From contig CAJMRP010000001.1 of assembly GCA_905215765.1 (NCBI GenBank), positions 1 to 53,188 on the forward strand: a DNA stretch of 53,188 nucleotides. The letters run 5' to 3'. The notes beneath the pieces were generated by a model. The model was not told where the DNA came from and did no database searches. It saw nothing but the letters and a program-made list of their open reading frames with translations. A program made the position numbers and the translations under genes. Below are positions 38,420 to 48,326 of this stretch, piece by piece; position 1 is the first letter of the stretch; each line of letters opens with the position of its first letter. Origin of the DNA: an uncultured bacterium (GTDB taxonomy: Bacteria > Actinomycetota > Coriobacteriia > Coriobacteriales > Coriobacteriaceae).

Positions 38420-38630
38420 GTAGCTGGAAACCTCCGTAGTGCGTTTTTGCTGCGTTTGAGCTGCGTGTGATTCGATTGCGCTGCATAGTACCCCGAGCAA
38501 ATCGCGACCTGCAGTTTTACTCAAAAGGCGCACGTCAATTGCGTAAAACTCACATCCTCTCAACAGGAGTTTTCCACAACTCGAATGCATAAAGCGTGTC
38601 AAAAACCCTGTTTTTGCACCCTCTCTATAC

Positions 38631-38671
38631 AAAAAAGGCGCCTGTGCAACCATTGTTCGCACAGGCGCCTT
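38631..38671 (-). terminator. Intrinsic terminator of metY
   Basis: AAGGCGCCTGTGC...GCACAGGCGCCTT stem with U-tract on the minus strand. Confidence 0.75.
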
Positions 38672-38731
38672 GAGCAGGCATTTTATGCAGTTATACCTAT
38701 CGAGTCGCAAGGGGTCCTTGCACAAGTCGCT

Positions 38732-40042
38732 TTACTCGTCCAGCGCGGCGAAGGCCTGCTTCAGGTCCCAAATGATATCCTCGGCGTTCTCGGTACCGAT
38801 GGAAAGACGGATCGTGGAGGGCGTGATGTTCTGCTCGGCGAGCTCCTCGGCAGACAGCTGGGAGTGCGTGGTGGTAGCCGGGTGCACGACGAGCGACTTG
38901 ACGTCGGCCACGTTGGCGAGCAGCGAGAACACCTGCAGATGATCGATGAACTTCCAAGCTGCCTCCTGGCCACCCTTAATCTCAAAGGTAAAGATCGAGG
39001 CACCGCCGTTGGGGAAGTACTTCTGATAGAGCTCATGATCGGGGTGCTCAGGCAGGCTCGGGTGGTTCACCTTGGCGACGTGGCTGTCACCAGCCAGGAA
39101 CTCAACGACCTTCTTGGTGTTCTCGACATGACGGTCAACGCGCAGCGACAGAGTCTCGGTGCCCTGGAGCAGGACCCAGGCGTTGAACGGGCTGATGCAG
39201 GCGCCCTCGTCACGCAGCAAGATAGCGCGGACATAGGTTGCGAAGGCGGCGGGACCGGCAGCCTCGGCAAACGAGACGCCATGGTAGGAGGGGTTGGGCT
39301 CGGCGATCTGCGCATACTTGCCGCTCGCCTTCCAATCGAAGTTACCGCCGTCGACGATCACACCGCCCAGCGAGGTGCCGTGGCCGCCGATGAACTTGGT
39401 TGCGGAGTGGACGACGATGTTGGCACCATGCTCCAGCGGACGGAACAGATACGGGGTGCCGAAGGTGTTGTCGACGACAACCGGTAAACCGTGCTTCTTG
39501 GCGATCTCGGAGATGGCGTCGATATTGGGGATGTCGGAGTTGGGGTTGCCGAGCGTCTCGAGGTAGATGACCGTGGTGTTGTCCTTGATGGCGCCCTCGA
39601 CCTCGTCCAGGTTGTGGGCATCGACGAAGGTGGTCTCGACGCCAAACTGGGAGAGCGTATGCTCCAGCAGGTTGTAGGAGCCACCGTAGATGGTCTTCTG
39701 AGCCACCACATGGTCGCCGGCCTGAGCGAGCGCCTGCAGGGTATAGGTGATGGCGGCGGCACCAGAGGCGACGGCAAGACCTGCCACGCCACCCTCGAGG
39801 GCGGCGATACGGTCCTCAAAGACGCCCTGGGTGGAGTTGGTCAGACGGCCGTAGATGTTACCGGCGTCGGCAAGACCAAAGCGGTCGGCGGCGTGCTGGG
39901 AGTTGCGGAACACATAGCTCGTGGTCTGGTAGATAGGCACGGCACGGGAGTCGGATGCAGGATCGGCGCTCTCCTGGCCAACGTGAAGCTGCAGGGTGTC
40001 GAAACCAAAGGTGTGCTCGGGGTTGTTGATGAACTGGCTCAT
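38732..40042 (-). CDS. metY: O-acetylhomoserine aminocarboxypropyltransferase / sulfhydrylase
   Basis: PIYQTTSY, GNIYGRLTN, HSATKFIGGHG and LANVADVKSL motifs. Confidence 0.9.
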   Translation of the reverse strand: MSQFINNPEHTFGFDTLQLHVGQESADPASDSRAVPIYQTTSYVFRNSQHAADRFGLADAGNIYGRLTNSTQGVFEDRIAALEGGVAGLAVASGAAAITYTLQALAQAGDHVVAQKTIYGGSYNLLEHTLSQFGVETTFVDAHNLDEVEGAIKDNTTVIYLETLGNPNSDIPNIDAISEIAKKHGLPVVVDNTFGTPYLFRPLEHGANIVVHSATKFIGGHGTSLGGVIVDGGNFDWKASGKYAQIAEPNPSYHGVSFAEAAGPAAFATYVRAILLRDEGACISPFNAWVLLQGTETLSLRVDRHVENTKKVVEFLAGDSHVAKVNHPSLPEHPDHELYQKYFPNGGASIFTFEIKGGQEAAWKFIDHLQVFSLLANVADVKSLVVHPATTTHSQLSAEELAEQNITPSTIRLSIGTENAEDIIWDLKQAFAALDE

Positions 40043-40103
40043 GATGATCTCCTTGATCGAATATAAGTAATAAGAGTAAGAGAAGTAAGTGGCTGTCTCC
40101 TGA

Positions 40104-40157
40104 TCACGCCGACGGGCGCAAACAGGAGCCCGGCATTCGTCTTGGTAAGCAGTTCAT
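40104..40157 (-). CDS. Putative leader peptide MNCLPRRMPGSCLRPSA upstream of metY
   Basis: AAAGGAGG RBS upstream of ATG; 17 codons; below ORF-track cutoff. Confidence 0.45.
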   Translation of the reverse strand: MNCLPRRMPGSCLRPSA

Positions 40158-40274
40158 ATGCGGGCCTCCTTTCGCATCCCGGTTCCGTGGTCGGCTTAAT
40201 TACCTACTGCCTTTGTGTGTTTTGAATAGTACGAGCATTGTTTCCCTCGGTCAATCACTTAAAAGCGCTAACTT

Positions 40275-40295
40275 GTTATCGGTTTTATAGATAAC
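40275..40295. promoter_or_regulatory. Candidate LysR-type binding palindrome
   Basis: GTTATC-N9-GATAAC between the divergent metY and LysR genes. Confidence 0.45.
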
Positions 40296-40315
40296 ACTCG
40301 AAAGGACGGGCGCCG

Positions 40316-41254
40316 ATGACCCTCCAGCAGCTTCGCTTTTTGATCGCCGTGGCAGAGTCCGGTTCGATCAACGCCGCAGCCCAGCGCCTCTATACGGCAC
40401 AGTCCAATATCTCCAATGCCGTCAAAAGCCTGGAGCAGGAACTTCATATCGAAATCTTTACGCGCTCCAGCCGCGGTGTTGCACTCACCAACGACGGCAC
40501 CGAGCTTTTGGGTTATGCGCGCCAGGTCGTAGAGCAGGCCGACATGCTCGAGGCCCGCTACGAGGACGGCGGTACCCCGCAAGCCCGCCTCGCCATTTCC
40601 GCCCAACACTACGCCTTTTCGGTCGAGGCCTTTGTCAACGTAGTCGAGCGCTGCCGCGACAGCAAGTTCGAGTTCATCATGCGCGAGACCACCACAGCGC
40701 AGATTATCGACGACGTGCGCGCGTTTCGCAGCGATATCGGCATCCTCTATCTGGATGACTTTAATACCCGTGTCTTGCAGAAGGCCTTTACCGATGCCCG
40801 AGCGAGCTTTCATCCCCTCTTTGATGCAAAAGTCCACGTGTTCGTCAGCGAACGCCACCCGCTCGCACGCCGTTCGCAGCTGTCCCTTGCCGACCTCACG
40901 CCCTATACGCGCTACAGCTTTGAGCAAGGCACCTCGAACTCCTTCTATTACGCCGAGGAACCGTTTAGCTATATTCCCTGCAACCGCAATATCCGCGTAT
41001 CCGACCGCGGGACGCTCACCAACCTACTTATCACCTCGAACGGCTATGCGCTGTCGACCGGCGTACTCTCCAGCGAAATGCAGTGGGGCATGGCCTCGAT
41101 CCCCCTGGCAGACGCCCCGACGATGCACGTAGGCTATATCATGCATGACGACCGCAAGCCCTCTCCCCTCTTGCAGCAATACCTCGACGAGCTCAACCGC
41201 ATCATCCATGCCAACCAACTGTCGGAAGACGGGGTAGAAATCGTAGATTGCTAG
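40316..41254 (+). CDS. LysR-family regulator (MtaR/CmbR-like, sulfur amino acid metabolism)
   Basis: MTLQQLRF...GSINAAA HTH, QHYAF, SFEQG and DRGT motifs; divergent from metY. Confidence 0.85.
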   Translation: MTLQQLRFLIAVAESGSINAAAQRLYTAQSNISNAVKSLEQELHIEIFTRSSRGVALTNDGTELLGYARQVVEQADMLEARYEDGGTPQARLAISAQHYAFSVEAFVNVVERCRDSKFEFIMRETTTAQIIDDVRAFRSDIGILYLDDFNTRVLQKAFTDARASFHPLFDAKVHVFVSERHPLARRSQLSLADLTPYTRYSFEQGTSNSFYYAEEPFSYIPCNRNIRVSDRGTLTNLLITSNGYALSTGVLSSEMQWGMASIPLADAPTMHVGYIMHDDRKPSPLLQQYLDELNRIIHANQLSEDGVEIVDC

Positions 41255-41317
41255 CCCCCGGCGGGCATGGCGCTACAATGGTCACTCACACGAAACGTAC
41301 CCAACGAAAGGAACCAT

Positions 41318-41803
41318 GTGAAGGTCCTCATCTATACCGACGGCTCGGCCCGATCAAATCCGGGACGCGGCGGCTACGGCGCCGTGCTCAAATACACCAA
41401 CCCCGCCGGCAAGACCTTCACCTCCGAGCTTTCGCGCGGCTACGCCAAGACCACCAACAACCGCATGGAACTCATGGCGGTCATCGTGGCACTCGAGGCG
41501 CTCAACCGCCCCTGCGACGTCGAAGTCCATTCCGATTCGCAGTACGTCGTCAACGCCTTCAACAAGCACTGGATTGACGGATGGAAAAAACGCGGCTGGA
41601 AGACCGCCAACAAGCAGCCTGTCAAGAACCGTGATCTGTGGGAGCGCCTGCTCACCGCCAAAAGCAAGCACAAGGTTGAGTTCATCTGGGTTAAGGGTCA
41701 CGCCGGCCATGAGCTCAACGAGCGCTGCGACGAGCTCGCCACCACGGCGGCCGACGGCAGCAACCTCGATATCGACACCGGCTTTAACGAGAGCGACCTG
41801 TAA
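41318..41803 (+). CDS. rnhA: Ribonuclease HI
   Basis: [20 protein letters not shown] and [15 protein letters not shown] motifs. Confidence 0.95.
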   Translation: MKVLIYTDGSARSNPGRGGYGAVLKYTNPAGKTFTSELSRGYAKTTNNRMELMAVIVALEALNRPCDVEVHSDSQYVVNAFNKHWIDGWKKRGWKTANKQPVKNRDLWERLLTAKSKHKVEFIWVKGHAGHELNERCDELATTAADGSNLDIDTGFNESDL

Positions 41804-41876
41804 CGGCGTTTTCGCGCAGCTTTATATCCCCACGCGCTACACTCATCCTGTAGACCAAACAACGCAAGGGGGACGT

Positions 41877-42983
41877 ATGCTGCGCATCGCGACCATCGGC
41901 ACATCCATGATCACCGACGACTTTATCCAGGTCGTCAACGCCAACGACCAAGCCGCGTTTGTGGGCACGCTCTCGCGCGACGCAGATCGCGGCACCGCCT
42001 TCACCGCTAAGCACGGCGGCGAGCGTAACTTCACCGCACTTGACGAGCTTGCGTCCGCTGCCGACGTCGACGCCGTCTATATCGGCAGCCCCAACGCACT
42101 TCACTACGAGCAGGCCCTTGCCTGCATCGCCGGTGGCAAGCACGTCATCGTCGAGAAGCCCTTCTGCGCCACCGAGGCGCAGGCGCTGGAAGTCTTCCGC
42201 GCTGCCGAGGCAGCAGGTGTCGTGGCCCTCGAGGCCATGCGCCCGCTCCATGACCCCGCTTTCCACGCCATCGAGGACGCCCTGGGCGAGATTGCGCCCA
42301 TTCGTCGTGCCTCATTGCGCTTTGGCAAGTATTCCTCGCGCTACAACGAGATTCTCGCGGGGCGCTCCACCAATATCTTCGACTGCAATATGGCATCGGG
42401 TTCCCTCATGGACATTGGCGTCTACACCGTCGAGCCCATGGTCGAGATTTTCGGCATGCCCTCCGGCCTTACGAGCATGGCTACGCTGCTCGACCCCACC
42501 ACGCGACAGCTCACGCACGGCCCCATCGACGGCTGCGGTTCTATCCTCGCCAGTTACGGCGGTGGCCGCATCTCCGTCGAGCTCGCGCACTCCAAAATTA
42601 CGAATGACCTGCTGCCCTCGCAGATCGAAGGCGAGCGTGGCACTATCCAGATCGACCATCTGTCCACGCCCCGCAACGTCCGCATCGACTATCGCGGCGA
42701 TGTCGTACGCGGTTCAGCGACCGAGGCACCGCGCGGACAGGGCGACAACGGCCGCGTGCTCGACCTGCCCAAATCGAGCAACACCATGGAATACGAACTC
42801 ACAGACTTTATCACCGCCATCGGCGGCATCGATAACGTCAAGGAAGAGATTTGGGAGACCCCGGCGGGACGCCACGAGCTTGGCCACTACCGCGATGTCA
42901 CGCTCGTCTCACTGCGCATCATGGATGCCGTGCGCCAGCAGGCCGGCATAACCTTCCCGGCCGACGCAGGCAAGCAGGCATAG
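41877..42983 (+). CDS. Gfo/Idh/MocA-family oxidoreductase
   Basis: IATIGTSMI, SPNALH, VEKPF and GSLMDIGVY motifs. Confidence 0.88.
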   Translation: MLRIATIGTSMITDDFIQVVNANDQAAFVGTLSRDADRGTAFTAKHGGERNFTALDELASAADVDAVYIGSPNALHYEQALACIAGGKHVIVEKPFCATEAQALEVFRAAEAAGVVALEAMRPLHDPAFHAIEDALGEIAPIRRASLRFGKYSSRYNEILAGRSTNIFDCNMASGSLMDIGVYTVEPMVEIFGMPSGLTSMATLLDPTTRQLTHGPIDGCGSILASYGGGRISVELAHSKITNDLLPSQIEGERGTIQIDHLSTPRNVRIDYRGDVVRGSATEAPRGQGDNGRVLDLPKSSNTMEYELTDFITAIGGIDNVKEEIWETPAGRHELGHYRDVTLVSLRIMDAVRQQAGITFPADAGKQA

Positions 42984-42985
42984 CG

Positions 42986-43396
42986 ATGGGCTTCTTCGAT
43001 ACGTTCTTCTCCAGCGTCACCAGCGGCAGTCGAGAGCCTCAAAAGCCGTCAAACGTCGAGCTCGAGCTGCGCCGCAGGCTTACTGTGCTCGCAAGCGACG
43101 GGGTCACTCAAGACACTCCCCTGCGCTATTTCCTGCGCTGGGCGGGGCAAGTCCAAGGCGTTGGTTTTCGCTTTACCAACACCAACCTCGCGCAGGCACG
43201 CGCGCTCACCGGCTGGGTGCGTAACATGGAAGACGGCTCAGTCGAGATGGAGATACAGGGAGCTCCGGCAAACATCCTATCTCATCTCGAGGCGCTTCAT
43301 GCCTCCTACGAGCGCATGGGGACGCGTTTTCGCCTCGTAGACGCCCAGGTCCGAGCCCCACTTGCCAATGAAGACGGTTTCACTCCTCATTATTAG
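42986..43396 (+). CDS. Acylphosphatase
   Basis: GQVQGVGFR and LTGWVRNMEDGSVE motifs. Confidence 0.85.
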   Translation: MGFFDTFFSSVTSGSREPQKPSNVELELRRRLTVLASDGVTQDTPLRYFLRWAGQVQGVGFRFTNTNLAQARALTGWVRNMEDGSVEMEIQGAPANILSHLEALHASYERMGTRFRLVDAQVRAPLANEDGFTPHY

Positions 43397-43457
43397 TATT
43401 GTGTGCTAAATACGGTATCATTTACCTACGACCGTTAGTAGAAAAGAGGCGAGACGC

Positions 43458-43838
43458 ATGGCGGTGCAAAGAAGGAATACCAGGCAGCGAAAGCTGGTTC
43501 TTGACGCCGTGCGCCAAAGCTATAACCATCCCACCGCCGACGAAATCTACAACGTCGTGCGCGCGCAGGATGACAAAATCAGCCGCGGTACGGTCTACCG
43601 CAATCTTAATCTCTTGGCAGATGCCGGAGAAATCCTCTCGATCAAGACGCCGGGCGGGAGTCGCTTCGATCGCACCATCGAGCCGCACGCACATATCATC
43701 TGCACCTCGTGCAGCCGCGTCATCGACGTACCGCTCCCCTTCGATGCCCAGCTCGACGCCAAGGCGTCCGAGCAAATCGGCTGGCACGTCACGTCGCACT
43801 ACACCATCTTCGAGGGTCTCTGCCCTGACTGTCGGTAG
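43458..43838 (+). CDS. Fur/PerR-family transcriptional repressor
   Basis: HPTADEIY, GTVYRNL, HAHIICTSC and C-terminal CPDC motifs. Confidence 0.9.
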   Translation: MAVQRRNTRQRKLVLDAVRQSYNHPTADEIYNVVRAQDDKISRGTVYRNLNLLADAGEILSIKTPGGSRFDRTIEPHAHIICTSCSRVIDVPLPFDAQLDAKASEQIGWHVTSHYTIFEGLCPDCR

Positions 43839-43919
43839 ATGTTTGGAACATGCCTTAAAATCCACCTTTCCGCACTTTGCAGCAAAAAGTAGATTTCTAG
43901 ACATGTCCCAAATGTCTAC
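43835..43919. repeat. Long imperfect hairpin (~35-bp stem) between convergent genes
   Basis: GTAGATGTTTGGAACATGCCTTAAAATCCACC versus reverse complement GTAGACATTTGGGACATGTCTAGAAATCTACT. Confidence 0.55.
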
Positions 43920-44725
43920 TCAGCAAGTAGACGACGCAGCTCTTCTTCGACCGTGCGCACGTAGCGGACGCGGTCGTTAATGCCACGCATAGAGGGGTTG
44001 CAGCTCTCCATCAGATAGGGATGGCCCACGACGTTGAGCATGTCGCGGTCGTTTTCGTTATCGCCAAACGCCATCATCTCATCGGGCGAAATCCCCAGGG
44101 CACGACCGTAATCGGCAAGCGCGGAGCCCTTGCCCGAACCGAAACCGATAAAGTCCGTCCATTCGGTTCCCGACGTCATCACGTCGACACGGTCGCTAAA
44201 GAGGCGCTCAAAATGCTCCAGCGCCGCCGGCTGATCCACCTCGGGCGTCTGGAAGGCAATCTTAATGACGTCCTCGTCGATGTCCTCGGGACGGTCGACC
44301 ACCGCCACGTCGCAGTGGACCTCATAGCGCAAATGGTCGACGAACGCATCGTTGCCGCTCATGGTGTAGAGGTGTCCCTCACACGAAAGGGTCACGTCGG
44401 CATGGGGATACGCAACCACAGCATTCGCGATATCCATAGCAAGGCTACGCTCCATAGAGCGCTTGACCACGGCACGCCCCTCGCTCATCACCAGGGCTCC
44501 GTTTTCGCATACATAGGCGAGCTCATCGGCCACCGGGGCAAACAGGTAGCGCAAGCTCGCATATTGACGACCACTCGCCGGCATAAACACGATACCGCGA
44601 CGATGCAGCTCATCGATAAGCTCAAAGGCCTCGGAACGCGGCTCGCGCTCCCCCGGATGCAGCAACGTGCCGTCCAAATCGCATGCAATCAGCTTGATTC
44701 CCTCAAGACCCATACGCTTCCCCAA
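43916..44725 (-). CDS. Cof-type HAD-IIB hydrolase
   Basis: DLDGTLL, ASGRQY and FGDNENDRDML motifs; start may be ATG at 44713. Confidence 0.88.
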   Translation of the reverse strand: MGKRMGLEGIKLIACDLDGTLLHPGEREPRSEAFELIDELHRRGIVFMPASGRQYASLRYLFAPVADELAYVCENGALVMSEGRAVVKRSMERSLAMDIANAVVAYPHADVTLSCEGHLYTMSGNDAFVDHLRYEVHCDVAVVDRPEDIDEDVIKIAFQTPEVDQPAALEHFERLFSDRVDVMTSGTEWTDFIGFGSGKGSALADYGRALGISPDEMMAFGDNENDRDMLNVVGHPYLMESCNPSMRGINDRVRYVRTVEEELRRLLAE

Positions 44726-44795
44726 AGCCTCCTATCAACAGCAAGACGGACCTTGATTGGTCGCCCCTCAAAGCCCGTCTTGCGCATACGCGCGC

Positions 44796-45374
44796 TTAGC
44801 CGCGCGTCTTTTTTACAATGGTAAAGTCCGGAGCCATGCTAACGACGACCTCCGCCGCACTCGACGCAAAGCGCCGGTCCGTATCGAGTTCACGAGTAAC
44901 CACCGAGAGCCGAACACCCTCGACGCCCCGGAGCATGCGGCCCAAAACAGGCTGCACCGGCGTATACATGCGCACGGTATGCTCGTCCGAGTCGCCCCGG
45001 AAGAGCGGCGCATGCATGTTGCCGATCTCCCAGCACGCATGCGCGAGCGCAATCGGATCCATGCGGTCGACTTCGACCAAATAAACCTCGGCGCTGCACA
45101 GGCGCACGACAACCGCCACGGGCACCATGCCCGAACGGTCAATGGCGAGCACGTCGCCGTCGGCAAGACGACCACCGTCGGTAGCATCCAGCCGAACATC
45201 GATCGTGCGCCCCAACTCCGTCACGCCCGCAAACGCGCATACATCAGCCTGGTCCCAATCGAGCAGTAGCTCATCGACCTCAAAGACACCGCCCAGCTCC
45301 CGGCGAAGCAAAAGCTCATAGGACGGGTCGTTGAGATTTCCCAAACATGTCGTCGAAACCAAGCGTTCAGGCAT
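44796..45374 (-). CDS. UreE-like urease accessory (metallochaperone) protein
   Basis: LADGDVL and ACWEIGNMHAP resemble the UreE GNRH metal site. Confidence 0.7.
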   Translation of the reverse strand: MPERLVSTTCLGNLNDPSYELLLRRELGGVFEVDELLLDWDQADVCAFAGVTELGRTIDVRLDATDGGRLADGDVLAIDRSGMVPVAVVVRLCSAEVYLVEVDRMDPIALAHACWEIGNMHAPLFRGDSDEHTVRMYTPVQPVLGRMLRGVEGVRLSVVTRELDTDRRFASSAAEVVVSMAPDFTIVKKTRG

Positions 45375-45377
45375 GCT

Positions 45378-45806
45378 CTAGCCCTCGACCTCGACGAGCT
45401 CGATATCAAAGTTGAGGTCCTTGCCGGCCAACTCGTGGTTGGCGTCGAGCGTCACGGCCTCGGGCGTCACGTCGATGACCACGGCGGGGACGGGCATGCC
45501 GCTCGGCGTGGACAGGAAAAGCTTCATGCCCTTCTCGATCTGCTCGATGTTGGGAACCTGCTCGGCCGGGAAGGTAATAACCATCTCAGGATTGTGCTCG
45601 CCGTAGGCATCGGCAGCCGGGATGTGCACGGTCTTCTTCTCGCCCACCTGCATGTCGACAACAGCGGCGTCGAAGCCCTTGATCATCTGGCCGGCGCCGC
45701 AGGTGAACTCCAGCGGCTCGCCGCGATCGTAGGAGCTATCGAACTGCGTGCCGTCATCGAGCATGCCACGATAATGGGTCTTGACCTTCTTGCCCTGGTT
45801 GGACAT
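45378..45806 (-). CDS. FKBP-type peptidyl-prolyl isomerase (SlyD/FkpB-like, no His-rich tail)
   Basis: HYRG, FDSS, AYGE and DANHELAGKDLNF motifs. Confidence 0.9.
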   Translation of the reverse strand: MSNQGKKVKTHYRGMLDDGTQFDSSYDRGEPLEFTCGAGQMIKGFDAAVVDMQVGEKKTVHIPAADAYGEHNPEMVITFPAEQVPNIEQIEKGMKLFLSTPSGMPVPAVVIDVTPEAVTLDANHELAGKDLNFDIELVEVEG

Positions 45807-45926
45807 GGTAACCTCCGTGATAAGGGCGGCGCGCAACGCGGGCCGCCGTGAACATATGGCGCTAACTATACCCTAGTCATACAATTCAAAGACAGTTTGC
45901 AAAGAAACGCTGCAACCGGAGGAACC

Positions 45927-46940
45927 ATGGCATATCCCGTATTTGACCTACACTGCGACACCGCCGACCGCATCGGCTGGGCCACGCTCGATCTCGACCT
46001 GCGCTTTACCGCCGGCACCGACGGTTATTTCCCCGGCGACGAAACGCATCCGCAAGATTTCGATCTCATCGAGGGCAACGCCTGCGCCATCTCGCTCGCA
46101 AAGATCGGCAACACGCCGTGGGCACAGTGCTTCGCCACGTTTGTCCCCGACGAGATTCCCACCGCCCACGCCGCGCGCTTCCAGGCGCAAATCATGGCGC
46201 ATATGAGCGGCCAGGCAATGCTCAACCACGACCGCATGGTCAGCGTGCGCAGCGCCGCAGACATTCGCCCCGCGCTCAAGGACGGCAAGGTCGCCTGCAT
46301 CCACACCATCGAAAACGCCACGTTCTTTGCCGAGGACCCCGCGCTGATCGAGGTGCTCAAGAGCTTGGGCGTGCTTATGTCGTCACTCAGCTGGAACGCG
46401 CAGGGACCGCTCGCGAGCGGCCACGACACCCACGCCGGCCTCACCGCCGCCGGCATCGAGGCACTTACGCAGATGGAGCACGCCGGCATGGTACTCGACG
46501 TCTCCCACCTCAACGATGAGTGCTTTGACGAGGTTGTCGCCCACGCCACGCGCCCCTTCGTCGCCAGCCACTCCAACTCCCGTGCGGTTTGCGGCGTCAA
46601 ACGCAACCTTACCGACGACCAGTTCCGCACCATTCGCGACATGGGCGGTATCGTCGGCCTCAACTACTGCAGCGAGTTCCTTTCCAACGACGCAACCGAC
46701 AAGACCGCCGCAGACGTCACCTTCGACCAGCTGGCGGCACATATCGAACACTGGCTCGACCTGGGCGGCGAGGACGTCATCGCGCTCGGCGGCGACTGGG
46801 ACGGCGCCACGGTGCCCGCTTTCCTCTCCGATGCCAGCAAGATGCCCGAGTTCCAGAACATGCTTTCCAAGCATTTTGGCAAGACCGTGATGCAAAAGCT
46901 CTGCAGCGACAACGCGCTTGCCTTCTTTGAGCGTTATTAA
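45927..46940 (+). CDS. Peptidase M19 (membrane dipeptidase family)
   Basis: DLHCDT, DVSHL, ASHSN, RNLTD and LGGDWDG motifs. Confidence 0.88.
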   Translation: MAYPVFDLHCDTADRIGWATLDLDLRFTAGTDGYFPGDETHPQDFDLIEGNACAISLAKIGNTPWAQCFATFVPDEIPTAHAARFQAQIMAHMSGQAMLNHDRMVSVRSAADIRPALKDGKVACIHTIENATFFAEDPALIEVLKSLGVLMSSLSWNAQGPLASGHDTHAGLTAAGIEALTQMEHAGMVLDVSHLNDECFDEVVAHATRPFVASHSNSRAVCGVKRNLTDDQFRTIRDMGGIVGLNYCSEFLSNDATDKTAADVTFDQLAAHIEHWLDLGGEDVIALGGDWDGATVPAFLSDASKMPEFQNMLSKHFGKTVMQKLCSDNALAFFERY

Positions 46941-47014
46941 TTTCACATCCCTTGAGCGGGCCGGTATGCCGAACGGTCGACATGCCGGCCCGTCCCCAAT
47001 CTGAAGGACCGCTT

Positions 47015-47791
47015 TTGACGCAGCAGTTTACGATTTCCGTATCCCGACCGGATGGGACGCCCATCCCCGTCGTCGTTACCAAAAAGCACGTCAAGAACTT
47101 CAACCTACGCGTCACATCGAGCGGTGAGGTCCACGCCAGTGCACCGCTCGGCGCCAGCCGCGAGCGTATCGAAGCGTTTGTGAAGCGCAACAGCGCCTGG
47201 ATTATCAGCCGGCTTGCCCAGCGCGAGCAACGTCAGGCGACGGCGCGAGAGCCGCTCAGCCCCTCGTCCATCATTGCACTTTGGGGCAAGCCCATCACGG
47301 TACAGGATGCACTCGATCACAACTTTGCATCACCCGCACCGCAGCCCAAGCAGGCCACCTTCGCAAGTTTTATGGGTACCGACGAGCTAGACGAACGTCC
47401 GCAGGCCAAGTGGAACGCGACCCTCGACGGCTTAACGCCCAGTGAGATCCAAGCCCATATTGACCAGCTCTATACGTCCGAGGTCACATCGGCGCTGCGC
47501 GATATTGTGCACGCATACGAAATCGCAATGGGTGTCGCCGTTTCCCGCGTTTCCGTGCGCAGCATGAAAACGCGCTGGGGATCATGCACGCCCAAAACCG
47601 GCGCCATTCGCATCGCGCGCGAGCTCGCCGCCTACCCTGTCGAATGCCTCGACATGGTTGTCGCCCACGAGCTCGTCCACTTGCTCGAGCCAAGCCACAA
47701 TCAGCGGTTTCACGCCCTGCTCGACACGTACTGCCCCAACAATAGGGCTCTGTCGCAGCGGCTCAAGCGGCCACCCCTCAACAAGCTCTAG
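47015..47791 (+). CDS. YgjP-like (DUF45) metal-dependent hydrolase
   Basis: MKTRWGSC and VAHELVHLLEPSHNQRF motifs; start uncertain. Confidence 0.8.
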   Translation: MTQQFTISVSRPDGTPIPVVVTKKHVKNFNLRVTSSGEVHASAPLGASRERIEAFVKRNSAWIISRLAQREQRQATAREPLSPSSIIALWGKPITVQDALDHNFASPAPQPKQATFASFMGTDELDERPQAKWNATLDGLTPSEIQAHIDQLYTSEVTSALRDIVHAYEIAMGVAVSRVSVRSMKTRWGSCTPKTGAIRIARELAAYPVECLDMVVAHELVHLLEPSHNQRFHALLDTYCPNNRALSQRLKRPPLNKL

Positions 47792-47797
47792 CGTCGA

Positions 47798-48283
47798 CTA
47801 GCGCACGCGCTCGATCTCGACGCCGCAGCTTGCCAGGGGAAGACCGACGGGAGCCCAAGGCTTATCGAGCTTAACACGCACGCCAAGCAGCAGGGGGTAA
47901 CGACGCAGCAGCATCTGGGCCACACCCTCGGCTGCAGCCTCGATGAGCTTAAACGTATGCTCGCGCAGATATCCGTCGACATCGTGACACACCGAGCCGT
48001 AATCAATCGAGGCATCCAGGTTGTCGTGCTCCCCTGCTGCACGCAGGTCGGCATAGAGCACCAAGGACACGATGAACTTCTGGCCCAGCGCGTTCTCTTC
48101 GGGATACACACCGTGGTTGGCAAAGACCTCGAGACCGTCGATAGTAATGCGGTCAGCATGGCGCAGGTCGTCATAGCTCACGTGGGGCACCGCCGCTGCG
48201 GTGGATATTTCGCCCCTTCCACGGCGGGCGAGCTCGGCGCCTTCAGTCTTGGTTGCATTCTCGGGCAGTTTCTTGTTACTCAT
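47798..48283 (-). CDS. folB: Dihydroneopterin aldolase
   Basis: ANHGVYPEENALGQKF, IDYG, LIEA and KPWAP motifs. Confidence 0.88.
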   Translation of the reverse strand: MSNKKLPENATKTEGAELARRGRGEISTAAAVPHVSYDDLRHADRITIDGLEVFANHGVYPEENALGQKFIVSLVLYADLRAAGEHDNLDASIDYGSVCHDVDGYLREHTFKLIEAAAEGVAQMLLRRYPLLLGVRVKLDKPWAPVGLPLASCGVEIERVR

Positions 48284-48326
48284 CGCGATCGTCTCCTTCG
48301 TTTAGAACCCCGACCGCGCAAACTAA

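Noticed and set aside
38420..38630. c-di-AMP (ydaO) riboswitch upstream of the putative cell-wall protein
   Set aside because: Conserved ydaO motifs not found.
40043..40315. SAM riboswitch or T-box upstream of metY
   Set aside because: No recognisable SAM-I/SAM-IV core or T-box consensus by eye.
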